Source of the DNA: Marsupella aquatica
Lineage: Eukaryota; Plantae; Marchantiophyta
Reading direction: 5' to 3'
Length of the DNA: 64,000 nt
Assembly (NCBI GenBank): GCA_973895155.1
Contig: OZ316894.1
Span: 25,108,709-25,172,708 of the forward strand
Position numbers and translations under genes: made by a program. Shown in pieces: positions 34,871 through 46,520 of the stretch. A model generated the notes under the pieces. The model did not search any database, was not told the DNA's origin, and saw only the letters and a list, made by a program, of their open reading frames with translations. Within the stretch, counting starts at the first letter, position 1. Each line of letters begins with the position of its first letter.

Positions 34871-37800
34871 GGATTTTTACAGTTTTCTAGCCAGAAGGTG
34901 AGTTGTGGCTGCTCAACATATAGATAGAAATGCAATCACGTAGGTCTGGCAACAAGCCATGATGTGCATTGTAGAGGGAGGAGAATTTGGATTCAAATTA
35001 TTTTGTAAATCTGCCAATTTTGAAACAAATCTAAGTCTCTTCAGTCTTTCTTCTCAGAACATGTGACAGTACATCTGGTAACTACCCATTCCTACGCTGC
35101 TGCACATTGAGTGCACATGAAAGCTTACAATTATGGAGACAATGAGAAAACTCACAGACCATGGCAATGCAATAATTGGCAAACAAAACATTGTAACTTA
35201 ATAGAGACAAGATTGAGCAACTTATTGCTTTGAATTTTGTCTGAACATCACCAAGAACAGTGTGTCCAATGTATCACAAATGGGGGTTACAAAGTTCTAT
35301 GTAGTCGCAAAACTTGACTACCCTACCACTTAGCTTCGGCGTTGTGACTCCGACACCGAGTTCCTCTATGGTCCAAGCCTCCCGAACGGCCTTCTGTGGG
35401 GACTTAGTAGGGGGGGACTTGTGGGCAATGAAGTGTTGCATTAGCAAAGGAAAGGCGCTGAACTAGTTGACCACAAAAAGGACTTAGACTTACTAGTATT
35501 GGGATCTGTTTGGGGCATGGGAAGGGCTGAGCTTAGGGTGCATGGACCACCTGGACCGGCCCCCTGGAGACAAACTTTGAGTTCTAAGGGCTTGAGTGAG
35601 AGCTCCTCTTGGGTCCAAGGCCAAAGAAATTTACTTCATGCGGAACGAAAGCTTGGTGCATGAGATACGGTGCGGCTCAGGTGTAGCCGTCTGAGACTCC
35701 CAACTGATCATGATTTTTGAGGGCCCAGGTAGGAGCACCGGGTTGGCCCAATTACACTGGGCTAAGGCACTTTACTTGCAGACGTCTAACTAGAAAATTA
35801 TAGGCATAGCAAGTTAGTTGTGTGTCGATACGATGGGGTTGGAGTCCAGGTTGAGGGTCAGATATAGGGGACCAAAGTTGATTTGAGGGTGGAAAGTCTC
35901 CAGAAGAATATATGAGGGGAATGGTGTCTCCCTAGGGACCAGGGCAAGCCCAAGTTGTGAGTCGCGACGGTCTCAACACTAAGGGGAAACATCAAACAAA
36001 AATGGCTGTCCGTGCAACCACTCTCCTGGGAATAGGCATGCAAGATACAAAATCTGTGAAACCCCACAAATAGTCAGTCACAATATTTCAACTCTACACC
36101 TATGAGTCTCAACTCAAGTGAGCTACCACACAACCATGCTTCTTTGGGCAATAGGCATACAAGATTACTAAGGGCCCAAAAAGTGATAGCACCAGGGATA
36201 GCACCTCAAAGAGCCGGTTTGATGAGACATGGTCTTGCCTCCTTAATTGGTTTATGCTTTGCTTTCTCTCAGTTAGATGGCAGGACTGAAAAGATCACTG
36301 TAAAATGCACTTGTAATCAAGTACCTTGCTAGCTCAAGCACATCTGCACATGAGGTTACCTGGCACCTGCAGGTTGGATTGATGATTGATGTGGATTGCT
36401 GATTGATGATGTCACTTGTTCACGCGACTAGATGAAAACATTAGCTGCCTCTTGCTTATCATTGACTTAATTGCTCTTGTTGGTGAGCCTATGAAGGTGG
36501 TGTGGTGATGACAACTTTTTCTTTTTTAGTGCTGTGTGGTTTGGCTGGGTGACTCAGGGTGCGGTGTACTTGCTGTGCAGGGGCTGCCCTTCCACTTGTT
36601 GTTCTCTTTCTAGGCCACTTTGACCTCTTTTACCCTTTGGGGCGCTGATATGCATTCATTGGCTTGCTGGGTTCATGCGTAATAAAATTGAATCTAAACA
36701 TCTAAACATCTAGCTTGCCAGATGGACCATGGCAATGGACTTGGAAATCAATACTATGCATTTAAGAAATTCTGTGATTTAAAACAGCACATATATTCTG
36801 TGATTTAAAACAGGACATATACTTAGTCCAAAGTACCTTGTATTGGTATTCAAACATAGTACACAATGTTTTGGGTAGGGGTTGACTTTTTTAGAGGTCT
36901 TTAGTTGGGAAGGCACCCAGGCTGCAGTAGCTCAGACGTACATAGAAGCATCTCCATGAGTCTTGCCATCGAGCCCCGTGCAACAAAATAACAATTGGCC
37001 CCACTAGAACTATCTGCACTCCATGTCCCAGAAGAGCATGCCATCACTAAATGTCTTCAGTAGGCCTGCTGGTCCAAGCTCCTAGCCGGGAACAGACAAG
37101 TCTTAGGTCTAAAAAGTAAGTGCAAAATTCTGAATTGTGTGCAATACAAAGGAATTATTAAACCCTTTGAGGATATTTGGGGAGGTAGTTTTGGGGGCTT
37201 GTTGTTATCTTGTTTTTAGTAGGCCAAATTTGTGTTTTGGTTTGTGTGATGTGGCTTTTCCCCTTGGGGAGAGAGAGGGAATACTCTTTTTGAGGTGCCT
37301 GTGTTACAAACTCTAAGTTACCGATGAAAAGTTAGGCAAGAAATGAAATAAAAAAACAATCAAGTTCTCATACTGCTCCTGTGCACGGATGTGAGAGGGA
37401 TCACATTTTTTACACAATGTCATCTTTGCACAATGACATTTTATCTGCAAATATCTCTAATTATCAACATCTTTTGTTCAATGCCATCGTTTCCGCAAAC
37501 ATCTTTTCCGCAAACATCTTGTCCGCAACACCTTGTATGCACCGCACGGGTGTTGAGCTAGTGCACATGGTATGAAACATAATTATGCGTGTTGAAATTA
37601 GCTTTCCTCACCCCTTCTCCTGAAAAATAGAAATATTTTTAAAAACTTTCTATAAGAAGTCAATCAAACATGAAAAAATATACTTCCTTGCTCGTCTTGT
37701 TTCTCTCCTTCTAGTTGTCATAAGCACATACCCACTAATCGTTGGGCTAATCATGGAGTGTAGATTATACATGTATACCTTACACTTCCTCCCGTACTCA

Positions 37801-37989
37801 TGTGAATGGTATTCATTATACTTTGTACAGTTCCTCCTCTACATTTGCTTAGTTTATAATTTGTATATAGTTTGTCCCATTTATAATGATCCAAGTGCCC
37901 AAGAAAGTGAGAGAAACAATCTAAAGGCTCTCATAGATTCCCTCCAAAATCAGTTTGCAAAAGGCAGTGATCACTTTTGGCAGGATTAA

Positions 37990-38495
37990 CAGCTTTTTAT
38001 TAACCTGTCACCCAAACTACCCTATATTACTAACGTGCCCCCAAAACCAAATTAATTATTTACACATCCCCCATTTTGTATTGCGGTCAGTAATAACTGG
38101 TATACTGGTTCTCGTTGCCATGTGACAACTCACTATTGGCAAGCCTTAACCTGCTGCCACCCCCTCGGTCCCTCTTCCCCTTCCCCATTGCAGGGCACAA
38201 TTGCAGGTCCGGGAGGGGCAAAATCTGTCATTTTTTGCTCCACACTCCCCTCACAGAACCCAACAGTTTTGGCCCTTGTTTTTATTCAGGAAAGTAACAG
38301 CGGGGAAGGGGGGGATGAGGGGGGTGGCAGTGGGCTAAGGCTAGTCAATACTAACTTGTCACATGGCAAGAGGAACCCGTATACAAGATAATACTGACCC
38401 GAGTCAGAAATGGGGGACAGGTTGGTAATTAATTTTGTTTGGGGGGCATGTTTGTAAGATGGGGTACTTTGGCGGACAGGTTAGTGAAAATCTGT
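37990..38495. mobile_element. Foldback/Mutator-like MITE with ~180-bp imperfect terminal inverted repeats
   Basis: TAACCTGTC.CCCAAA.TACCC...GCCCCC...AAATTAATTA...TTGCCATGTGACAA...GCCACCCCC is mirrored by GGGGTGGC...TTGTCACATGGCAA...TAATTAATTT...GGGGC...GACAGGTTA. Confidence 0.8.
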
Positions 38496-40738
38496 TTGAT
38501 ATTATAGTGGTCAATACTAGGGGAATGAATTGGATTGGAAAATGAGCCAGGATGTTGTTGGCTAGTTGAAGGCTCCATCTTCATCAAGTAAAGCATCACT
38601 GGCCTCAGTCTTATAAGATAAGAAGAAGATTTCCTGTCCCCAAACCTTAAAGTCTTGCACAATGTGTGACCCCATCCAGGTTGCCATTGTTGGGGCCTAG
38701 AATCTGGGATTCTGTGGTGATCGAGGTCAGTGGTACTCTTAAAAGTTCCAACTTATTCTCATTAGATGACCTGAAACTCAAGTGTCCTTCAGTCATGTTA
38801 GGTCAGGGATTTGATGTGCCACTGGAAGTAAAGCAATGGCCTGTTTGCTGACAGACAACAGACCATAATCACACTAAGAGCACAACGTCAGCACACCAAC
38901 CCAGCCAGGTAGGCTCATTTTTCCTCCTAGTCCTATGTATGAGATGCAATTGTATTCATTCAAATGTGTGAACAGGTCATCTGGCCTACCTCACTTTACA
39001 TGAACTTGGGGGCACAATCTCACCTGCTAGTGGGTCCTTTTCTATGGCTCATAAGGCCATGCATGCTTGTGACTTAGACCACCACTAAAGAATAAATTTC
39101 TTAGTGCATTTTTATTCAGATCTTGCATTTATGTTCTCTAGACCCGGCACATGTAGGCTCAGGCATATCAACTTTAGTGTAGGCAATGGACGGTCTCACG
39201 TTTGCAATGGGTGCAATTGACTATTTGTGCCCCCAAATTCTTTTCAAGCCCCCTGACCAGAACCTTCTTAGTTTTTGAGTTGTTGTAGGTCTTTCATACC
39301 AGTTTTCTTTTGCGTTGTGTTTGGTCTTCTCTGTGATTGTTTTCTACCTTTTCTTGAAACATAATCTTTATTTCCTTGGAGACTTTTATGCACTCTTGGC
39401 CCAACCCACACACCCACCAACCCTCCCCACATCTAGTGAGAGAACGGGTCTTTGTAGCATTTTTATTTTTGTACATTGTAAGTTGGCACGTACTGTTTTC
39501 AGTTCAGTACATTCCCTTGGGCTTTTTTGCCTGATTGGTCTTCTGGCGTTTTTCTCAAATTCATTTGAAATTTATCAACAAGATTTTTGTTTCTATACTA
39601 GTGGCCCTCAATCATATACTCATTTGATTGACATTTGTGACCACTGATTCCAACCTTTGCACATTCTTTGTCACTGATTACAAACTTTTGACTTGTTTCA
39701 AAAATTATTTCTCAGAATATGTGGGATTCGGATGTCAGCTCCCTTGACGCTGTTTTTGTCCACATTGGTACTCATTAGTGAACAAGACCCTCTATGTTTT
39801 CTTTTCCTTCTTTCTCCCAAGATAGTGGTGTCCATTGGGGTGTCCGTGAGTGGTCCTTGGTTAGTAGAGAATCATCTGCCAAACTTCTCCTCCCCATCCA
39901 ATCGGCTTCGTCATCCTCCTGCAACTCTCATGAAATCTTTTCACTAGTTGGCGAACTCAGGCATCCATTTGAAGCAATTGAGATCTCATGGATTTACTGA
40001 AAACCTCCAGCACGTGAATTGAGAGAAGGCTACTAGATTGGTGCAAATGGATTGAGAGGGCAAAATCCTGAGTTTATTTGAACTACCTTTGAAGCAGTTT
40101 GATCCAGGGTTAATAATACAGGTTGGAATATTGGGGTTCAACTGATGGTGAGTGGAAATGGGATGAGGGGCTGCCATTTTGAGGCCTTGAAATCAAGATT
40201 TTGAAAATAGTCCATAAATTCACTGGGGTGGGGCCTAGTGGTACAGCATAGGTGGCTAGGCAATGGAGCTTTGGGTCAACAGGTCTCATTCAAACTCCCA
40301 CTGGTTGGGGGAGTTGGTGAATGTGGGTTGGGACTACTTTTTAATACTACGTGCAATCTTAAATTAATCTATATACTCATATTTATGAAGAAACTATTCT
40401 ATAAACAATTTATTTTGAAATTTAAATGAACCATTTTACATTATAATGGGTATCCAATATCGAATATTCTTTATTTGTGTGTCCTAAGCACTTTGTTTTG
40501 ATTCAGCAACTCGGTCTGTTTTGTATGGTATTTGGTGGCAAACGTTTTTGTAGTTGATTTCCTTAAGGTTGGGCCAACTTCCATCAAATGTGTTGATAGA
40601 GGATGAAGAATTGGGATCCAATTCCATCAAAGAAACAAAACAACATACCATTTGAACAATATTAATGACAAGGATAGTTTTGATTGCTTTTTCTCTTCCT
40701 CTATACCTCATTGAAGCTATATCCTATCTGGTGACACT

Positions 40739-43517
40739 CTCGGGGGGATCTCTTCCACTGGAGTGCCACATCACGTCCAACAAAATATAAGGTCATTTAA
40801 ATGATCTTCAAGAAAGACTTGCAAACTTTTGTGGAAGAACAATAGGCCGGGTCTCTTAAGTTTTTTGGTCTGCTTTAAAGAACAATATGCCTTCACTAAA
40901 TAGGTCATACTCCATGAAATTGTCTAAGAAAGTTAGGTTTTTTTGTGTCATGTACATGCATAGGACATATGGCATGTTCTAATTGTTACACCTATCACTA
41001 TGCAATTGGTGCACATGTATTCCCAAAGAATAGTAGTTTTAATATTTCCCAAGAAAATAGCTAAAAGTATTCATGGGTGTAGGGTTTGGGTCTTTATATT
41101 TAGGGGCTAAGTAATTCCATGGAGCTTTGATTGTTGCTGCTGTTAGTATTGGACGGCTACAAACGGGCTACAGACAGGCTTTGGAAGGGCATAACATTAC
41201 TAAGGAGGCCATTGGGACTTAATTTGGTTAGGGTTAGGTTTTTGGTATTTATGTTTGGGGTTCAAGCCTGGGAGTTAAGGGGCAGCCACCCTACCACCCA
41301 ATATCAATCTTCAATTTGAACATTTTGGACCTTCAGGCCTAGCTAGGTCAAAAGTTAGAGCTTGATGCCATGTAACAAGATTGTGGAAACTAAGACAATG
41401 TTGGCTAGGAGTACTACCTTTGGACCTTAGAGTGCATTGGCGAGGTCTTAGAGAAGACTATTTGTTTGTCATGGACTTCCGGTGCTCTCCATTTGCTAGC
41501 ATTTTTTCTTTTTGTCCTTCTCATGATAAAGAGTGTTTTTAATCTAGAATGTGAGCAAAGAAGGAAGACAATGAAACCAAGAAGGGAAGCTTGGTGAAGA
41601 AGGAAGTGCAAAGCTTAAGTTTTCATATCCAAGAGATTTGTGTGTCTTGTATAATTTCCCTATTTTATTTTCAGTGTTTTTACAATTGCAAGAAAGAATA
41701 TTGCTAGTTGTTTTGAAGAACAAGTAGGATGTAATTTATATTTACTTTACTTTACTCTATCATTATCATAGAACCATGAAAATATTGTGATAAGCCCAAT
41801 GTTGAGGTTTTCAATACCCCACTCATATTGAAAGGACCTTTTTTTTTAATTTCACGTTTATCCCGCGTGAACCCCACGGATGGGGGGACCCCGCAGGCCA
41901 GCAGGCAAAAGAGCCGCAAAGGGCGAGAAAAGACAACAGGTCAAAAAGAAACCAGAAAAGTCTAACCACGTCGCAAGGTCCAGTGTGGCCAACAGAACAA
42001 CAGCAGGTGAGAGAAGCCCAGAGTGAGCCAATACCATCAACCAGAGCGGGTCAAGACATGCCCACAATGTGACTCAACAATAGCAATACTACATCTCATC
42101 ATTCTATTGCGTTCCTGTCTCATGAGTTCCTTAGCACCAGAAAGTCGAGCAAGTCTTCTAGAAGGGCCAGTAGCCTCCGCAACCACAGTGAGGTGATCCA
42201 GCGTTTCAGAAGCAACACAAACCTGATTGAAGCTCCTCTTTAATTTTGTGTCAAGTCAAAAGTTTGAGTATTCCGTGCTAGCCATAGATTCCACAGCACT
42301 TGATAGAGCACAAAGAAACGAACGGTAGATAGTGGTGTTTTCAGCGTGGTAGACAGTATCAATCCTACTAAGTCCAGCTCGTAATCCCAGATGAGACCAT
42401 TCAACCATCCATGCACCAAGGGCAACACCTAGCCGCATGCCTGCAGACAGAAAAAATATGGGGGATGGTTTCAAGGACTCCGCAGCAAAGAGTGCAGCAT
42501 CCAGAAGATTTCCCAATTCTCAGGGCTCTGGAGCCAGAAAATAGTCCTTGCGCCAGGATACGCCAGAGAAAGACTTTAGCCCGAGTTGAGAGGTCAGATT
42601 TCCACATGGCTTGCCATAGACTATTCCATTCTGCTTTAGAGCAGGTCTTACCCCATATGCGGTTCAGCCTCACATAATCCGAACCCTTCGGACAAATCAT
42701 CTCATAGGCACGTAGATTGGGAAGTCTGAATTGTTTCAGCAGCAGGTAGAGATCCGCCCATCTCCATTGCGCAGTGTGGGTCTCAACTGTGTAGCCAGAG
42801 TAAGCTGAGTTCTGGATGGCATGGGTGAAAGAAAGGCAAGTCCTGGGGTTTTAGACCTTTCTTTTGCATTCAAGTGACTTATAATGAAAATCACCTCTGT
42901 TTCTTCTCTCAGGCCACGAGCTCAAGCAACTGAGTTGTAAGTTCTCATTGGCTCAATCCCACTTCGTTATGTGGAAATAATCCAGTCATGCACATTTGTG
43001 AAGCAAGGTGGAAAACTAATGCCTTGAAGAGGCAACCAATAGTGTCTAGTTTCTTACTCATACCTGGATTCATAGTGTGTGGTGCCCACCATGCTACACT
43101 ATTTGAGAGTGTAGAGAGCAACATAGACAAGTTGATGATTGAACAATCATAGAATAATATATTAATAATTATTTAGTTTCATGGTCTATGGGGGTCTATG
43201 GACTGTATAAGAGATGTAGGATGTACTATCAAGTGGAGAGGCGGAGTAAAATTGCACTGAGTGGAAAGACCAAGCAAATTGAATGATCACAAAATTGTGG
43301 GCTCTAACTTATAAAAAAACTCATCTTTTTGTTATAGGCATTGTTTAATTCAAAACAAACTTTCACTTAAAGTTTTTTAGGGGTAAACATAGTAAAAAAT
43401 GGTCACTTTAAAGTACATAAGGGAAAGAGAAGAAATATTTTTCCCTTAAAAATTAGGAGGTCTAGACCTACAAAAATTGCACGCAGTATAGGACCCCTTC
43501 ATGTAGTGACCCCCAAG
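40739..43517. mobile_element. Long (2.8 kb) member of the hAT-MITE family, reverse orientation, containing a LINE insertion
   Basis: 40739-~40895 and ~43333-43517 match complementary halves of the 19044-19371 MITE. The flanks GTGACACT and ATGACACT form a 7/8 TSD. Confidence 0.75.
41839..42830 (-). mobile_element. 5'-truncated L1-like LINE fragment
   Basis: zf-RVT-type C-terminus WKSDLSTRAKVFLWRILAQGL...CTLCCGVLETIPHIFSVC, then LWNLWLARN, a 3' UTR and a poly(A) tail (T-run at 41839-41847). Confidence 0.85.
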
Positions 43518-44252
43518 ATGACACTTAAAGTCACCTGTTTTTTCTGCTTTGCCCAATAACTGGAAGGGTTTTTGGAAAGATATCTTTACTCTGAGTGCTT
43601 AGTAGCCATAAAATACCAATACCGCCACCTCCACTCAAAGAACTAGAAAATTCAGAAAATTACCTCCAACACGATTTCTGACCGAACGAGAACTATTTCC
43701 ACAAACAAGAAATGTGTTTTTCATTTTCCTCCAAATCTCGCACAATCGGCACTTTTTTCATGAAAAACCGGTTTTCAAGAAAATAATGTAATTCATATCG
43801 GAGTTTTGGATTAAATTAGGAAATTTGGGAATGGTCAGAACCACTGAAATTCATGGTAAAAAACATTAAATTTATCATGGAAAAATTAGATCCAAAAACC
43901 TTACTTCAAAACCTGAGATTCATGCTCTCCAAAGATATATGAATGGTCTAATCTAGAACTCCATATTTGTTTTTTGAGCAAAGTCCGATACTTGTATCGG
44001 ACTCCGGATTTAAACCATGAAAGTTCCGGCCAAATTCCAATTCTTCCAGTTTTTTGTTATTTACCATAACATTTTTACATCATAGTCGATCAGAAGTTAT
44101 CACATGGTTTGTCAACCTTACCTCGCAATTATCTCCACAATAGACCATAGTAACCACACACACATGCATAGTCAACAACCCATTGTCGCAACCGCAATGT
44201 GCAATCTTATAAAATTATCGCAAAAAATCCAGACGGCAAAAATACTTGCCGG

Positions 44253-44590
44253 CAATACCAACACCAAATAAATTTATCGCTTCAATTCCAAAATTGCAAA
44301 CATCCATATATGAAGAAAATCCATTTTACAATACCAACATCAGATAAATTTATCTCTTAAATTCTAAAATTGCAAACATTCATATGAAGAAAATCCATTT
44401 TGTAATACCAACATCAGATAAATTGATATCTTAAATTCCAAAATTACAAACATCCATATGAAGAAAATCCATGTTGCAATACCAACTTGAGATAAATTTA
44501 TCGCTTAAATTCCAAAACTGCAAACATCCATATGAAGAAAATATATTTTTAATACCAACGTCAATAGATTTATCCCTCAAATTTCAAAAT
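44253..44590 (+). repeat. ~74-bp tandem repeat, about 4.5 copies
   Basis: AATACCAACATCAGATAAATTTATC.CTTAAATTCCAAAATTGCAAACATCCATATGAAGAAAATCCAT units start at ~44253, 44330, 44404, 44478 and 44551. Confidence 0.9.
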
Positions 44591-44809
44591 TACAGAATTT
44601 TCCCAAGATGCACATCTAAGAGTCAAATTTGATATCCAAGGAAATATAACATTCTCCACTAATTTGTCATTTAGCAAGACTGCAACATCATAGAGTAAGA
44701 TGAGTTGCAAAACAACACTCAAGAACAATACTAGTCAGTTGGGTGCGATAAGTTTATCGCATTTCACATTCACCTAGAATGACTCGACTCTATCACAAAC
44801 CAAACTTTG

Positions 44810-45125
44810 GATTAGAATGAAGACTCCAATAAATTTATAGAATGAAGACTTTGTGTGGATCCAACGTAGGAATGCACACTCCAATAATTTTATCGGATGT
44901 TCTCTGAAAATCATCTTCAATCCATCAGAGGAATGAAGCCTTCGATAAATTTATCAGAGTCTCAAATAATCCTCAATCCGACACAGGTTTGAAGACTCCA
45001 ATAAATTTATCGGACTCTAAGAAAACCCCGAATCCAATCTATGAATGCGCACTCCAATAATTTTATCGGATGTTCAAATTCAAACATATTCAATGCAACA
45101 GAGGAATGCGATAAATTTATCGCAA
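44810..45125 (+). repeat. ~173-bp higher-order duplication built of ATAAATTTATCG-containing subunits
   Basis: GAAGACTCCAATAAATTTAT, GAATGC.CACTCCAATAATTTTATCGGATGTTC and CAGAGGAATG each occur twice in the same order. Confidence 0.75.
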
Positions 45126-45753
45126 TCCACTCGGATTAGGACATTGACACCGAATGACAAGTAAACCTTACATAGATGATACTTGAACTAGAATGGAAGT
45201 TACGATAAATTTATCGGGTTTTCTTGAGAAAGAATCAAATCTCTTGGGAGGAATGTAATACTTGATAGGAGTTAAGTATTTGCTTTGAGAGAGGTGTTGC
45301 TTGCTCTAGAGAAAATAAACCTTTTATGGGCAGCCCGCTCCTCTTATATATATAAGGAATGCTCTAACCATGGTTACTTTTCCCTGTGAACCAGGGTTAA
45401 GTTTGAACTAACTTGGGTTAATGCGTGGTCGACCCTCGATTACGTGGTTGGGACCAAGTTACTTGCAATTGGACTTTTTTACATTCTGAATGTAAAACCC
45501 AATGCACATATCTCTCCTTGCATTCCTGCGGCGATGCATTGTAGGCAACTAATGTTTTTTCAATTTTGCGGCCATTTTATCGGAGATTGCATTGCCTTAG
45601 AAAAAAATGGAATCGGACTAAACAAGAAGTGTGTCACACTTCTCGATCGGTCGGTCCGAAATTGTGTTCTCCCCCGTTACCTCCATTTAGACTTAAGTTG
45701 TTTAATTGACTCTCATACAAAGAGCATTCTAGGAGTCGGCGTTTACTCAATAT

Positions 45754-46151
45754 TGTAATGGGTACCAAGGCTATTGACTAAATAGCTTCTACTCAAAGAC
45801 ACCTTGCACATCATGTGTAATGTACACCCAACAAATACACAAGTAGTTGGCACAAGAGATTTATGGTTCACTTCATCAGAGGCTACGTCCATGGGAACAC
45901 ATGCATAAGAGAGTTTACTAACACTAGCTAGGAGAAATTGGCCCATTCTGAGACCAATTTTCCAGAGACTAAGCTCTCACTATCTCTCAACCGGCTCCCT
46001 AATGACGAGCTTAAATTCCACTCACTAACAGTTTCTTGCTAGTGAATACAAAAGTAGCACATCTAACCTTAACTAAGCACCTGACTTTTACGGTTACACT
46101 AACTGCAATTACATAGTGACTGTAGACACTAGAATAAAAGTCTAATTAACA
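45754..46151 (-). mobile_element. Degenerate solo LTR related to 18919-19712 and 55513-55863
   Basis: Shares CAAGTAGT.G.CACAAGAGAT...TGGTTCAC...GAGGCTACGTCCA.GGGAACAC with 55563-55630. The left boundary and TSD are uncertain. Confidence 0.7.
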
Positions 46152-46295
46152 CATGCATGCACCCGTTTGTTACAAAAACCAATCCTGAGTAGAATTTGTG
46201 GCGATAAAACAATAATGAAGAAGTATCCATTGTTGCTTAGGCCCAAACTATTTAGGACATTTTTCACAAAAGTGAAGTGTCCTTGCCAACTTTGG

Positions 46296-46520
46296 CGTAG
46301 GGGGTTCACTATATGGAAGGCCATCTATCACGTGCAAAGGTTTGGGTCATTTATGACTCCCCTAAGTCACTTTATAGAAATTTTTATGACACCAATTATG
46401 TGATGACACTTATGCATTTTGAAATTAAACAACCTTGTATTTTGTGAAAACCATTTACATGGTCCTATACTTTCTCGCACGTGATATGCCATTTCTTTGG
46501 AAGTGACAACCCCCCTCACG
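46296..46520. mobile_element. Degenerate, internally shortened copy of the hAT-type MITE
   Basis: GGGGGTTCACTATATGGAAGG..ATCACGTGC left end and TCGCACGTGATATGCCA..TTGGAAGTGAC right end. Confidence 0.7.

Noticed and set aside
40225-40310. tRNA gene
   Set aside because: Only A/B-box-like motifs are present, with no acceptor stem or anticodon arm.
44253-45220. CRISPR-like array of palindromic repeats
   Set aside because: The sequence between palindromes is itself repeated (tandem or higher-order repeat) rather than unique spacers.
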